From Planctomycetota bacterium (GTDB lineage: Bacteria > Planctomycetota > UBA1135 > GCA-002686595), in assembly GCA_016220035.1 (NCBI GenBank), contig JACRIO010000284.1, positions 31,423 through 95,422 on the forward strand: a DNA stretch of 64,000 nt. Direction: 5' to 3'. The position numbers and the translations under genes are program-made. Shown piece by piece: positions 10,272 to 18,407 of the stretch. The notes under the pieces were generated by a model. It was not told the origin of the DNA. It made no database searches and saw nothing but the letters and a program-made list of their open reading frames with translations. Numbering within the stretch: position 1 is the stretch's first letter; every line of letters begins with the position of its first letter.

Positions 10272-10289
10272 GGTTCACCTCTTCGAGGA

Positions 10290-10991
10290 TCAACGCTGCA
10301 CGGGCGCCGCCTCCGGAGGCTGCGCGCGGTCGAGCGCCGCGAGCGTGTCGCACACGTGCGCGAGCCACGGCGCGAAGCCGACGAGCACGAGCTCGTGTCC
10401 GTCGCCGACCGGGATCACGAGCTGTGCGTTCACGTCGGAAACCATCGGCCGCATCGAGTTCGCGAACGCGCGCGCGTCGAGGTGCTCGGCGCGCACGATG
10501 GCCTGGAGCTGGAACGCGGGATGTTCGCGCGCCCAGGCGCCGAGCCGAGACGGCTCGACTTGGAGCAGGTTCGCCCGCGCGCCGCGCGCGTTCGGCCCGT
10601 CCATCGCGACGAGGCGCAGGATGCGCGGCGTTCGCGCGCTCGCGATCGAGAGCGCGTAGCCGTGCTGCACGAGCAGCGTTTCGACGAACCGGTGCACGTC
10701 GCGGGCGGAGACACCTTGTGCGCGGTCGAGACCGGCCGCGGTCGCATCGATCCGCGCCCGCGTGTCGCGATCGGCGAGCACGGTCCACTCCGTCGACGCG
10801 GCGAAGTCGTCGACGAGCCGGCCGAGCGATGCGTCCGCGGCGAGCGCGAGACCCTGCCGCGGGGCGGGAAAGAGCTCCTCCATGAGTTCGACGGCCGGAT
10901 CCACGTGCTCCGCGGGCCGCGCGGGGCTTCCGCACGCCGCGAGCAGGAGAAGGAGCGCGGAGCAGGCCCCGCACCGTGCTTCACGCTGCAT
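10290..10991 (-). CDS. lipoprotein-type exported protein, secretin N0/N1-like module only (paralog 2 of 3)
   Basis: ATG at 10991 preceded by gaagtgaacc. Lipobox-like LLLLAACGS. C-terminal ...ARAFANSMRPMVSDVNAQLVIPVGDGHELVLVGFAPWLAHVCDTLAALD matches the Secretin_N (N1) style consensus as I remember it. Confidence 0.65.
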   Translation of the reverse strand: MQREARCGACSALLLLLAACGSPARPAEHVDPAVELMEELFPAPRQGLALAADASLGRLVDDFAASTEWTVLADRDTRARIDATAAGLDRAQGVSARDVHRFVETLLVQHGYALSIASARTPRILRLVAMDGPNARGARANLLQVEPSRLGAWAREHPAFQLQAIVRAEHLDARAFANSMRPMVSDVNAQLVIPVGDGHELVLVGFAPWLAHVCDTLAALDRAQPPEAAPVQR

Positions 10992-10994
10992 GGT

Positions 10995-11744
10995 TCACTT
11001 CCCCGCCGCGCCGGGACGGACCTGCACCGCCGGGTTGGGCACGCCGCCTTCGAGCGTCGACAGGTCGTCGATCGTGTGCAAGAGGCGCACGAGGCCCGCG
11101 ACGTTGGGCGCGAAGCCCGTGATGATCAACGAGCTCTGCCCGACCGGGATGATCTGCTGCGTGTTCGCGTCGGTGAACAGCGTGCGCATCGAGTTCGACA
11201 GCGTGCGCACGTCGGTCTTGGGCAGGCTGATCGTCGTCGTGACGAGCGTCGCGGGGTGGTCCTCGAGCACCCTCAGGTCCTTCTCGTCGACCATCAGCGC
11301 GTCGTTGCGCACCTGCGGGCCGCCGCGACCGCCACCGGCCTGGAGCGACTGCACCATCCAGATGCGCGGATCCCTGTTCGACAACCGGATGAAGACGAAG
11401 TCGTGCGCGATGAGCAGCGTCTCGACGATGCGGTACACCTCCGACGCCGGCACCTGGATCGATCGGTTGAGGCCGAGGCGCGTCTGCTTCAGGACGCCCT
11501 CCGTATCCTTCGTCACCTGCAGCGTGATGCCCGTGACGCGCGTGAAATCGTCGAGCAGCTTCGGGAACGTCGTCGCCTCGTCCGCGTCGCCCTTCCCCGG
11601 CACGACGGTGATCGTGAGCCCCTCCTTCGGCGGCGGGAACATCGCGGCGAAATCGACCTGCGGCGTCGTGTCGAGCGCGACGGGCGGGGACGCGGGCGCG
11701 AGGAAGGTGCTCGTGACGATGAAGAGTGCGGCAATGGGTTGCAT
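10995..11744 (-). CDS. exported protein, secretin N0/N1-like module only (paralog 1 of 3)
   Basis: I prefer the internal ATG at 11744 because a strong Shine-Dalgarno AAGGAGGA (11748-11755, reverse strand) lies just upstream. Signal MQPIAALFIVTSTFLAPASP. ...LLDDFTRVTGITLQV...GLNRSIQVPASEVYRIVETLL... (N0-like) and ...DVRTLSNSMRTLFTDANTQQIIPVGQSSLIITGFAPNVAGLVRLLHTID (N1-like). Confidence 0.7.
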   Translation of the reverse strand: MQPIAALFIVTSTFLAPASPPVALDTTPQVDFAAMFPPPKEGLTITVVPGKGDADEATTFPKLLDDFTRVTGITLQVTKDTEGVLKQTRLGLNRSIQVPASEVYRIVETLLIAHDFVFIRLSNRDPRIWMVQSLQAGGGRGGPQVRNDALMVDEKDLRVLEDHPATLVTTTISLPKTDVRTLSNSMRTLFTDANTQQIIPVGQSSLIITGFAPNVAGLVRLLHTIDDLSTLEGGVPNPAVQVRPGAAGK

Positions 11745-11846
11745 GGGTCCTCCTTGGAAGTCGAACGGCGCGCGCGTCGCGGCGGGGACTAGCGTCCTCG
11801 ATCCCACGCGGTCACGCCCCACTCCCCCACCGACGTCGATGCGGGT

Positions 11847-12641
11847 TCAGCCTTCCCGAGGATTCCCCGCGTACTCGATCGGATCGACGACGCCCGCCTG
11901 CCGAAAACCCTCCAACCGGAGCCGGCACGCGTCGCACCGTCCGCACGCATACGGAGTCAGGTGACTTTCTCCCCGATTCGCCTCGCCCGTACGCACCGCT
12001 CCCCCGGGTCCGCGCTACTCGGGGAGAAAGTCCCCTGACTCCGTACACGGGTCGTAGCACGTGTGCGTCAGCGCGAAGTCGACCCCGAGCTCCATCCCGC
12101 GGCGCACGATGTCGGCCTTCCCGAGGTGGAGCAGCGGCGCGCGCACGTGGAAGCGTTCGCCGCGCTCCGTGCCGGCCGCGGTGGCGACGTGGGCGAGCTC
12201 CTCGAACGCGCGCAGGAACTCCGGCCGGCAGTCGGGGTAGCCCGAGTAGTCGACGGCGTTGACGCCGAGCCACAGCTCGCGCGCGCCGAGCGTCTCGGCC
12301 CAGCCCAGCGCGACCGCGAGGAACACCGTGTTGCGCGCGGGGACGTAGGTCGGCGGAACACCGCGGCCGATCGTCCCGCGATCGCGGTCCTTCGGCACGG
12401 CGAGCGCGTCTGTCAACGCGGAGCCGCCGAGCGCGGACAGGTCGACCTTCACCACGCGGTGCTCGCGCGCGCCGAGCGCTCGAGCGACGCGCGCGGCGGC
12501 GTCGAGCTCGTGCCGATGCCGCTGTCCGTAGTCGAACGAGAGCGCGAACACCTCCCGCCCCGCCGCGCGCGCCTCGGCGAGCGTGACGGCGGAGTCCTGG
12601 CCTCCCGACAAGAGACAGACGGCGCGCGGAGTGGAGCTCAC
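11847..12641 (-). pseudogene. queC: 7-cyano-7-deazaguanine synthase QueC, interrupted by a 96-bp palindromic insertion carrying an in-frame TAG
   Basis: GTG start at 12641. (M)[20 protein letters not shown]...[12 protein letters not shown]...GYPDCRPEF...THTCYDP is typical QueC. The frame hits TAG at 12017-12015 inside the insertion. Exactly 96 nt after ...CYDP, the same frame resumes as [34 protein letters not shown] (11951..11847). That is the canonical QueC zinc-ligand C-terminus. Confidence 0.8.
11950..12045. repeat. 96-bp palindromic (MITE/REP-like) element inside queC
   Basis: 26-nt arms ACGGAGTCAGGTGACTTTCTCCCCGA (11951-11976) and TCGGGGAGAAAGTCCCCTGACTCCGT (12019-12044) are reverse complements with 1 mismatch, separated by 42 nt. 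The arms extend to TA...TA (11950..12045). Removing the 96 nt restores an uninterrupted queC frame. Confidence 0.8.
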
Positions 12642-12690
12642 GCGGGTAGTGTACGGCTCCCCGCGTCGGCCGACTCCCTCGCGACTGCGT

Positions 12691-13083
12691 TCAGTGGCCG
12701 CTGGAAGCGGCGCCCCGGCCGATGCGCGCGGACTGGATGAACTCCTTCAGCATCTGGGCCATCTCGCGCGCGTCGAGCGCTCCCTGTCGGACGAGCACTT
12801 CGCCGAGCGGCGGGAAGCTGTTGCGCTGGAGCTCGAGCAGCCGTGTTCGCGTCGCTTCGTCCACGAACCCCAGGGCGACGGCGACGTCGCCGAAGTGCGT
12901 TCCGTTCGCGCCGCCGTGCTTGAGCGCGTCGAGCACCTCGAGCACCGCCTCCACGGTCATGACCTCATGCTCGACGGCGAGCCGGCCGAGGAAGGGCATC
13001 GATCGGCGCTGCTCGTCGAGCGCGTCGAGGATCTGGTGCGGCGTGATCGCGCCTTCCTGGATGAGGAACTGTCCGAAGTGCAT
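12691..13083 (-). CDS. small protein made of T2SSE_N/MshEN-like repeats
   Basis: Start taken at internal ATG (MHFGQF...). Four repeats of the GspE-N-terminal style motif: [92 protein letters not shown]. Confidence 0.6.
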   Translation of the reverse strand: MHFGQFLIQEGAITPHQILDALDEQRRSMPFLGRLAVEHEVMTVEAVLEVLDALKHGGANGTHFGDVAVALGFVDEATRTRLLELQRNSFPPLGEVLVRQGALDAREMAQMLKEFIQSARIGRGAASSGH

Positions 13084-13515
13084 GGCCGAAGCGTCCGTGG
13101 GCCGGGGTCGTCGCGACGTGGGTGCAGGAACCATCGGAGCGCGAGCGTGGGAGCGGTTGAGCCCAAGTCCCGAGATTCACGGCCCGGCGTACTCTCGAAT
13201 TCGAGCTCCGCATCTCCGCGCACACCGCGTGTCCCCTGCCGCGGCGCGCACCGAGCGGGTAGCGCGCGTCGACGACCAGGCTCCGCTGGGTCGCGGCCAT
13301 CGCGGCGAGCGCCGCGGGTGTGCGCGCATCGTGCGGCCGGGCGGGAGCACCCGCCTGGACGCGCGCGGCGCGAGCCGTCCTTGCCCGGAGGCGCGCGTCC
13401 TCTACAGTAGCGGTCGCTCGATCGCGAACCGACCGCCCCGCGGCGCGGGAGTCGAGCTCCACCGGATCGCCGACGGCCGCGCCGTCGCGCGCTAGCTCAC
13501 GAAGACGGACCCAAC

Positions 13516-14661
13516 GTGCCCGAAGCCACCAAGGAACAGATTCTCGACGCCCTGCGGCAGATCCAGGACCCCGATCTCCATCAGGACATCGTCACGCTCG
13601 GCTTCGTCACGCAGCACGCGATCTGCGACGGCCTCGTGAAGGTCACGATCAACCTGACGACGCCCGCGTGTCCGGTGAAGGACCAGATGCGCGAGCAGGC
13701 GGAGAAGCTCCTGCGCGCGCTCCCCGGCGTGAAGACGGTGAACGTCGAGATGACCGCGGTCGCGAAGGCGCCCGTGCAGCGCCAGATCGCGCCCGACATC
13801 CAGCACATCGTCGCGATCTCGAGCGGCAAGGGCGGCGTCGGCAAGAGCACGGTGTCCGTGAACCTCGCGTGCGCGCTCGCGAAGACCGGCGCGAAGGTCG
13901 GCCTCGTCGACTGCGACGTCTACGGCCCCGACGTCCCGATGATGATGGGCCTCTCGGGCGACGTGCAGCAGTTCGCCGGCAAGCTCCTCCCGAAGGAGCG
14001 CCACGGCGTGCGCACGATGTCGATCGGGTACCTGCTCGCCGAGGAGAAGCCCGTGATGTGGCGCGGGCCGATGGTGCACAAGCTCATCGAGCAGTTCCTC
14101 TCCGACGTGTTCTGGGGCCCGCTCGACTATCTGCTCGTGGACATGCCGCCGGGCACGGGCGACGCGCAGATCTCGCTCGCGCAGATCGTGCCGCTCAGCG
14201 GTGCGGTGCTCGTGACGACGCCGCAGAACGTCTCGACCTTCGACGTCGGCAAGGCGATCGGGATGTTCAAGCAGGTGAACGTCGAGTTGCTCGGCCTCGT
14301 CGAGAACATGGCCGGGTTCGCGATCGAGGGCCGTGTCGAGGGTGCGCGCGCCGGGACGAAGGTGCGCCTCGACGCAGGTGGAACGCCGATCGAGCTCGCC
14401 ACCGACGCGAACGGCCGCTTCGCCACCGTCGTCGACGTGTTCGGCAAGGGCGGCGCGGAGCGCCTCGCCGCGCGTCACGGGTGCCCGGTGCTCGGACAGG
14501 TGCCGCTGAACCCGCTCGTACGCATAGGCGGCGATGCCGGCGATCCGATCGTCGTGACCGAGCCCGATTCGCTCGTCGCGCGCCGTTTCCAGGAGATCGC
14601 GGGCCGCCTCGTGCAGCGCATCGCGATCAAGTCGCACCAGGCGCTGCCCATCCTCCAATAG
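13516..14661 (+). CDS. apbC: Fe-S cluster carrier ATPase, Mrp/ApbC/NBP35 family
   Basis: N-terminal DUF59-like segment (ILDALRQIQDPDLHQDIVTLGFV), deviant Walker A AISSGKGGVGKSTVSVNLA, and VDMPPGTGD. GTG start. Confidence 0.9.
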   Translation: MPEATKEQILDALRQIQDPDLHQDIVTLGFVTQHAICDGLVKVTINLTTPACPVKDQMREQAEKLLRALPGVKTVNVEMTAVAKAPVQRQIAPDIQHIVAISSGKGGVGKSTVSVNLACALAKTGAKVGLVDCDVYGPDVPMMMGLSGDVQQFAGKLLPKERHGVRTMSIGYLLAEEKPVMWRGPMVHKLIEQFLSDVFWGPLDYLLVDMPPGTGDAQISLAQIVPLSGAVLVTTPQNVSTFDVGKAIGMFKQVNVELLGLVENMAGFAIEGRVEGARAGTKVRLDAGGTPIELATDANGRFATVVDVFGKGGAERLAARHGCPVLGQVPLNPLVRIGGDAGDPIVVTEPDSLVARRFQEIAGRLVQRIAIKSHQALPILQ

Positions 14662-14680
14662 CCGGCCACGAAAGCGCGCC

Positions 14681-15340
14681 GTGCAACGCCTGATCGACGG
14701 AGTCCACCGGTTCCAAAGCGACGAATTCGGGCGCTATCAGGAGCTCTTCCAGCGCCTGTCGCGCGACGGCCAGAACCCGCACACGCTCTTCATCACGTGC
14801 TCCGACTCGCGCGTGCTCGCCGAGCTGATCACGCACAGCCGCCCCGGCGACCTCTTCGTGGTGAAGAACGTCGGCAACATCGTGCCGCACGCGAAGGACC
14901 AGGACTCGTCCTCGACGTCGGCGGCGATCGAGTTCGCGGTGGAAGTGCTCGGCGTCTCCGACGTCGTCGTCTGCGGACACTCGCAGTGCGGCGCGATGGA
15001 GGCGCTCGTGAACGACGTGCCCACGGCGCGGAACCTGGAGCACGTCCAGCGTTGGCTGGAGCTCGCCGCGCCCGTCCGCGAGGTCGTGCGGACGAAGTAC
15101 GCGCATATCGACGATCGAACCGAGCGCGCGACGGCCGCGGCGGAGGAGAACGTGCTCTTCGGCCTCGAAAACCTGCATTCCCACGGGTGCGTGCAGCACC
15201 GCCTCGCCGAGGGCCGCCTGCGCCTGCACGGCTGGTTCTTCAAGATCGCGACGGCCGAGCTCTTCGCCTACGACCCGCGCACGGGCCAATTCGCGCAACG
15301 CATCGGCGGCCGCGGCTTCGACTCGGGCGAGGCGAGCTGA
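14681..15340 (+). CDS. beta-class carbonic anhydrase
   Basis: ...NPHTLFITCSDSRV...GDLFVVKNVGNIVP...VVCGHSQCGAM... carries the Cys/His/Cys zinc-ligand pattern of beta-CAs. GTG start 19 nt after apbC. Confidence 0.88.
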   Translation: MQRLIDGVHRFQSDEFGRYQELFQRLSRDGQNPHTLFITCSDSRVLAELITHSRPGDLFVVKNVGNIVPHAKDQDSSSTSAAIEFAVEVLGVSDVVVCGHSQCGAMEALVNDVPTARNLEHVQRWLELAAPVREVVRTKYAHIDDRTERATAAAEENVLFGLENLHSHGCVQHRLAEGRLRLHGWFFKIATAELFAYDPRTGQFAQRIGGRGFDSGEAS

Positions 15341-15390
15341 GCGCACGGAGCTTGCCGACCTCCTTCGGGCGCGCGCTAGGATGGCGCGCG

Positions 15391-16260
15391 ATGACGCTCG
15401 CGATCGTCGCCGGGATCCTCGCCGCCGCGCCTGTGCCGGTTTCCTCGCCCGCGCCGAAGCTCGTGCGCTTCACTTGTGACGAACGCGTCGCCGCGCGGCG
15501 CGCGGAGCGAGCGTGGAGCGCCGCCGCGGTCGTGGACGAACTCGCGCACGGGTGGAACGTCGTCGTGCGGGAGGCGTGCGAGCACGCGGAGGAGTTCGAG
15601 CGGCTCGTCGGCGAGCGCGGCGTGCTCGCGGCGTGCGTGCTCGATTCGAGCGGCGGGGTGATCGGCATCCTGCGCGGTCCGGCCGAGGCGGAGCGCTGCG
15701 CGGACTTCCTGGCGGCGTGTCGCGCCGAAACGGGGCGGGAGAGCGAGCTCCTCGCACGCATCGACGCGCGCATCGCACTCGGCGCCTGGAGCGCGGCGCG
15801 GGCGGAGCTCCGCTGCCTCGTCGGGCCGCAGCGCGCGGACACGCGCCTCGGTTTCGAGCGCGCGAGCCTGCTCGAACGGCGCGCGCGGACTGAAGTGCTC
15901 CAAGGCGACGTCGCGAGCGCGTCGTGTTCGCTCGACGAGGCGCGCCGCGCGGGGATCGATGCCGTGCCCGTCGGCCGAACACGCGCGGCGGTCACCGCGA
16001 CTTGGATCGCGCTCGCCGCGCGGCGCGTCGGCGAGGCGCGTGAACGACTCCCGCGCGTGCTCGCCGCGCTCGAGGACGCGCCGTGCGAGCGCGCGGCGCT
16101 CCTCGGCATCGCCGACATGCTGCACGAGTGCGGCGCGGACGGGCTCGCGCTCGACGTCTGCGCCGCGCTCGAAACCACGAAGCTCACGGCGGACACGCGG
16201 CGCTCGATCGCCGCTCTGCGGGAGCACGTCCTCCTCGGAACGAACGGTCACGACCATTGA
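15391..16260 (+). CDS. hypothetical protein (N-terminal hydrophobic segment, helical repeat-like C-terminal half)
   Basis: Internal ATG at 15391 (MTLAIVAGILAAAPVP...) of track ORF 14797..16260. The upstream part of that ORF is the shadow of the carbonic anhydrase gene. No recognisable catalytic motif. Confidence 0.5.
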   Translation: MTLAIVAGILAAAPVPVSSPAPKLVRFTCDERVAARRAERAWSAAAVVDELAHGWNVVVREACEHAEEFERLVGERGVLAACVLDSSGGVIGILRGPAEAERCADFLAACRAETGRESELLARIDARIALGAWSAARAELRCLVGPQRADTRLGFERASLLERRARTEVLQGDVASASCSLDEARRAGIDAVPVGRTRAAVTATWIALAARRVGEARERLPRVLAALEDAPCERAALLGIADMLHECGADGLALDVCAALETTKLTADTRRSIAALREHVLLGTNGHDH

Positions 16261-16273
16261 GGCCCCCACCGCC

Positions 16274-17299
16274 ATGCGCTTCCTCCGATTCCTCCAGATA
16301 ACGTCGCTCTTCCTCATCTCCTCGTTCGCCGCGAGTTGCAAGCCCGCCGGCGCGAGCGCGCTCGAAACCGGCGACGATCCGATCGTGCTCGGCACGGGTG
16401 CCCACCAATACCGTTGGGTGAGGAATTGGGGCGCGCTCGACGGCGGCAAGGACCTCGGCAACACGCACGGATGCGTCGCGCACGACGCGGCGGGCCGTAT
16501 CTACGTGAACACGGACACCGAGAACGCCGTAATGGTGTTCGACGCCGCGGGCAAGCTCTTGAAGACGTGGGGCAGGGAGTTCGCGGGCGGAATGCACGGC
16601 ATGCAGATCGTGAAGGAGGGCGAGAAGGAGTTCCTCTACGCCGTCCACACGTCCAGGCACGAAGTATTGAAGTGCACGCTCGACGGTGAAGTGCAATGGA
16701 CCGTCGGCTGGCCCGCGACGTCGGGCGTCTACGAGAAGAAGGAGCAATACAATCCGACGAGCATCGCGGTGCTCCCGGACGGCGCCTTCTTCGTCGCGGA
16801 CGGCTACGGCCTCTCGTGGATCCACAAGTACGACAAGGACCACCAGTACGTGAAGTCGTTCGCGGGACCCGGCACGGAACCGGGCCAGTGCCGCACGCCG
16901 CACGGGCTCCTGCTCGACACGCGCGTGACGCCGCCGGTGCTCTTGGTCGCCGACCGCGAGAACGGACGCTTGCAGACGTTCGATCTCGACGGAAAGCACC
17001 TCTCCGTGATCAGCGGCATGCTGCGGCGTCCGTGCCACATGCATTTGCGCGGGAAGGACCTCGTCGTCGCCGACCTCGCGGGCCGCGTCACGATCTTGAA
17101 CGAGAAGAACGAGCTCGTGTGCCACCTCGGCGACCAGCCCGACGAGGCGCTGCGCGCGCAGAACGGCGTCGCGAAGGACAAGTGGAAGGACGGCGTCTTC
17201 CTGTCGCCGCACTGCGCGGAGTGGGACGCGAAGGGCGACCTCTACGTCCTCGATTGGAACGCGCTCGGCCGCGTGTCGAAGCTCGAGCGCGTGAAGTGA
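16274..17299 (+). CDS. NHL-repeat six-bladed beta-propeller lipoprotein (peptidyl-alpha-hydroxyglycine lyase-like)
   Basis: ATG at 16274. Lipobox LISSFAASC. Repeated ...G.IYV.D..N..V..FD..GK... blades (RIYVNTDTENAVMVFDAAGK, AFFVADGYG, LLVADRENGRLQTFDLDGK, LVVADLAGRVTIL, DLYVLDWN). Confidence 0.7.
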   Translation: MRFLRFLQITSLFLISSFAASCKPAGASALETGDDPIVLGTGAHQYRWVRNWGALDGGKDLGNTHGCVAHDAAGRIYVNTDTENAVMVFDAAGKLLKTWGREFAGGMHGMQIVKEGEKEFLYAVHTSRHEVLKCTLDGEVQWTVGWPATSGVYEKKEQYNPTSIAVLPDGAFFVADGYGLSWIHKYDKDHQYVKSFAGPGTEPGQCRTPHGLLLDTRVTPPVLLVADRENGRLQTFDLDGKHLSVISGMLRRPCHMHLRGKDLVVADLAGRVTILNEKNELVCHLGDQPDEALRAQNGVAKDKWKDGVFLSPHCAEWDAKGDLYVLDWNALGRVSKLERVK

Positions 17300-17319
17300 A
17301 CCGCGGCGGACGCGGGGCG

Positions 17320-17337
17320 CGCTCGTTGCGACGAGCG
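17320..17337. terminator. short hairpin between convergent genes
   Basis: CGCTCGT-TGCG-ACGAGCG (7-bp stem, 4-nt loop) in the 48-nt gap between the stops at 17299 (+) and 17348 (-). No clear U-tract. Confidence 0.3.
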
Positions 17338-17347
17338 AGCGCCGCCG

Positions 17348-17893
17348 TCAGCGCGCGGCGACGCGTTGCCAGCAGAGGAGGCACGCGAGGTAGGCCCGCG
17401 CGGACGGCTCGCGTACATCGCTCGGCCAGTTCGCGATGGCCGTCGCGGCCCGCTTCGCGCACGCCTCGGCGGAGCGCCGCAAGACACGCGTCGTCGAGTC
17501 GTAGTCCGCGACGTGACGCTGGCGCTGGAGGTCGAGGAACGCGTCCGCCATGCCGAGCACGTCTTGGTGCAGAGCCGCGTCCGGAGCCAGCCGCTGCACG
17601 CTCGGCGGCAGTCGGCTCCAGCCGCGCTGGAAAGCCTTGGCAACCTCGGCCATCTCACCGTGCTTGAAGCAGCGTATGAGGAGCTCTCTGTGGGCCGCAC
17701 TGCCCCGCCCTCGCCCCGCCTGCAGCCGCGCCGCTTCCCCGACGAGGAAATGAAACACGGCGTAGTACGACGCGCTGATCGAACGGCGCACGCTCGCCTG
17801 CAGCGGTCGCCGCGGTTCGAGCGTCGCGAGAAGCTGAGCCTGATCCAGGAGCTGCGCGTACAGCGGCCTCGATCGCGTCGGGGTCGCCGTCAC
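17348..17893 (-). CDS. HEPN-like protein (UPF0332/COG1895-like), putative toxin component
   Basis: GTG at 17893 overlaps the upstream stop (GTGA). ...RRSISASYYAVFHFLVGEA... and ...FLDLQRQRHVADYDSTTRVLRRSAEACAKRAATAIANW match the two hallmark helices of UPF0332-type HEPN domains (SRAYYAMFHA... / R..ADYD...) as I remember them. Confidence 0.55.
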   Translation of the reverse strand: MTATPTRSRPLYAQLLDQAQLLATLEPRRPLQASVRRSISASYYAVFHFLVGEAARLQAGRGRGSAAHRELLIRCFKHGEMAEVAKAFQRGWSRLPPSVQRLAPDAALHQDVLGMADAFLDLQRQRHVADYDSTTRVLRRSAEACAKRAATAIANWPSDVREPSARAYLACLLCWQRVAAR

Positions 17894-18171
17894 TCCTCGA
17901 GCTCCGAGCGACGGCGGAATTCCACGTAGGGATAGGGCGGATCGTCGAGCGTCCGCACCCGAGCATGGATCCGGTCGTAGATCGGACGCAGTCGGTTCCA
18001 GGTGAGGTCCGACTCTGGAGCACGATCGTCCAGCACGACGTACACCAGCAGCTCCTCCTCGCCGAGGTGGTCGATGAACGGCCGAGCGATGATGTCGACC
18101 ACGCGCGGCTTCCTGGGAAGCTCGAGCAGGTTCGGCGCCAAGAAGCGGCGCCATTCTGAAGCAGAGACCAT
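17890..18171 (-). CDS. small hypothetical protein, putative partner of the HEPN-like gene
   Basis: Conservative start at ATG 18171 (MVSASEWRRFLAPNLLELPRKPRVVDIIARPFIDHLGEEELLVYVVLDD...). The ORF is open up to 18402, so the start is uncertain. Many A/T-ending codons, unlike neighbouring genes. No family recognised. Confidence 0.45.
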   Translation of the reverse strand: MVSASEWRRFLAPNLLELPRKPRVVDIIARPFIDHLGEEELLVYVVLDDRAPESDLTWNRLRPIYDRIHARVRTLDDPPYPYVEFRRRSELEE

Positions 18172-18407
18172 GAGCCGAGTCTGGATCGGACCGCGCAAGG
18201 CGTCAACCTGTGGAGAACGCGCGGGTGTGAACGCCGTCGACGAGCCTGGGGAATCGGTGGAGTCGACACTCGGGCGCGGCCGCGCGGGTGGCGCTCGGAG
18301 TATGTCGAGCAGGCCCGTCCCCGTCATGGAGGCAGTTTCGAGGCTCCGCTTTCGCCACTTCGGACCCCCTCGCGTTCTACTGTTCGCGGCCCCTTCCTCC
18401 ACTCGCC

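Noticed and set aside
12642-12690. preQ1 riboswitch upstream of queC
   Set aside because: The gap is only 49 nt, and queC appears co-transcribed with the upstream MshEN-like gene. I did not see the compact preQ1 aptamer hairpin with its A-rich tail.
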